Assembly (NCBI GenBank): GCA_024137785.1
Contig: JAHRHZ010000024.1
Span: forward strand, 33,216,644-33,280,643
Origin: Ginglymostoma cirratum
Lineage: Eukaryota
Direction of reading: 5' to 3'
Length of the DNA: 64,000 bases
A program made the translations under genes and the position numbers. How positions within the stretch are numbered: position 1 is the first letter of the stretch; each line of letters opens with the position of its first letter. A model generated the notes under the pieces. The model ran no database searches, was not told where the DNA came from, and was given only the letters and a program-made list of their open reading frames with translations. Shown here in pieces: positions 62,925-64,000 of this stretch.

Positions 62925-63375
62925 GAAGTGACAGATTTGCATTTATGTGGAGCTCTTCACAACCATGAGAAGTCTCAAAGTGCTTTACAGCCAATAAAAT
63001 ACTTAAAATCCTAGTAATGTAGGAAATGCAGCAGTCAATACGCACACATCAATCGCACACATATGGTAATGTGATAATGACCAGATTTCTGTGGTGTTCC
63101 CTGCAGGATAATTATTGGCCAAGGCTATTGGGGAAACAGCTCTTACACTACTTTGAAATGGTACCAATGGAATGTTTTACATTACATGAGTAAGCAAGTG
63201 AACGTTACATCCAAAAGACAGCTTCTCTGGCCATGCAACATTCCCTCAGTATCACAGCAAGGCGGCAACTTTGTTTTGTTTTGTATTCACGCTCCAGGCT
63301 GGACCTTGAAGTCAAAATCTTGTGATTCAAAGGCAAGAGAACTCAGATAGTTACCAATTATTCACTCTGAATCAG
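62925..63375 (-). mobile_element. Deu-domain SINE (SacSINE1/AmnSINE1-like), near full length
   Basis: ttgcatttat..tcaaagtgctttacagccaat..gtaatgtaggaaatgcagcag..aatgtgataatgaccagat..catccaaaagacagc..ttccctcagta..ttgtgattcaaaggcaagag. Confidence 0.75.
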
Positions 63376-63439
63376 AAGAGTGTCCTTTATTTCAATGAAA
63401 AGACAGCAGTACTGCTTGGCTCAACTGCAGCAGCATTGA

Positions 63440-63690
63440 AATATACCATAATCTTACGAAGTTTAACAGGGTAGATGGCTAAGGGGTGCAACAGGATGAG
63501 GATTCTGTAATCAGACAACTCAACATCTGAATAAGGAGTCAGCAATTTAGGGTCAAGGTGAGAAGGGATTTCTTCACTTAGGAGCGTGGAACTTGGCAAT
63601 TCTCTACTTCAGAAGATCAGCCAGAATGTAGTTAAATTGTATAGCAGGTTTGAAGGACTGAATGGCCTGCTGCTGTTTTAAATTATGCTT
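63440..63690 (+). mobile_element. Old CR1 LINE 3' end
   Basis: ttaacagggtagatg..ttagggtcaaggtgagaagggatttcttcact..gcaggtttgaaggactgaatggcctgctgctgttt. Confidence 0.7.
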
Positions 63691-63769
63691 ATTAACACCA
63701 TGAAATAAACGAAAGACTACCGTGGATACAGCAGGCAGTTTTGTTCAAGTTTGTGTTTCAATTAACGTA

Positions 63770-64000
63770 TAATTGAGCTATATGGACTTCGATTAGGCAG
63801 TCGACAAGGTTCCTCATGGTAGACTGGTTAGCAAGGTTAGATCACATGGAATGCAGGGAGAACTAGCCATTTGTATACAGAACTGGCTTGAAGGCAGACT
63901 GGGGGTGGTGGTAGAGGGTTGCCTTTCAGGCTGGAGGCCTGTGACCAGCAGTGTGCCACAAGGATTGGCACTGAATCCACTGCTTTTTGTCATTTATATA
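63770..64000 (+). mobile_element. Younger HER1/CR1 LINE RT fragment running off the window end
   Basis: [59 protein letters not shown]. Confidence 0.9.

Overview
This is AT-rich, repeat-dense vertebrate genomic DNA. The repeat families (HE1-type V-SINEs, HER1/CR1 LINEs, Deu-domain SINEs, Penelope-like elements) point to an elasmobranch (shark). Only one convincing host exon was found: a 168-nt minus-strand exon (30489-30656) with 104 nt of 5'UTR plus 64 nt encoding a signal peptide (MMHKIRPLVVFLCFLLLANAE, phase-1 donor). Its structure best fits the first coding exon of the receptor tyrosine phosphatase PTPRD, so the window is probably two large introns of that gene. The other listed ORFs are TE remnants or noise. 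The most notable structure is a set of small Penelope-derived insertions from at least four sequence families. They have 9-15 bp target-site duplications (TSDs), are often self-inverted, and carry minimal type-I hammerhead ribozyme cores; both 400-N assembly gaps lie inside such elements. Also present: a ~120-bp tRNA-derived SINE with long TSDs (6 copies), a 1.37-kb solo LTR with a 4-bp TSD, a ~190-bp local duplication inside a LINE RT, and candidate regulatory elements. All calls were made by eye with no database search; boundaries of old repeats are approximate.
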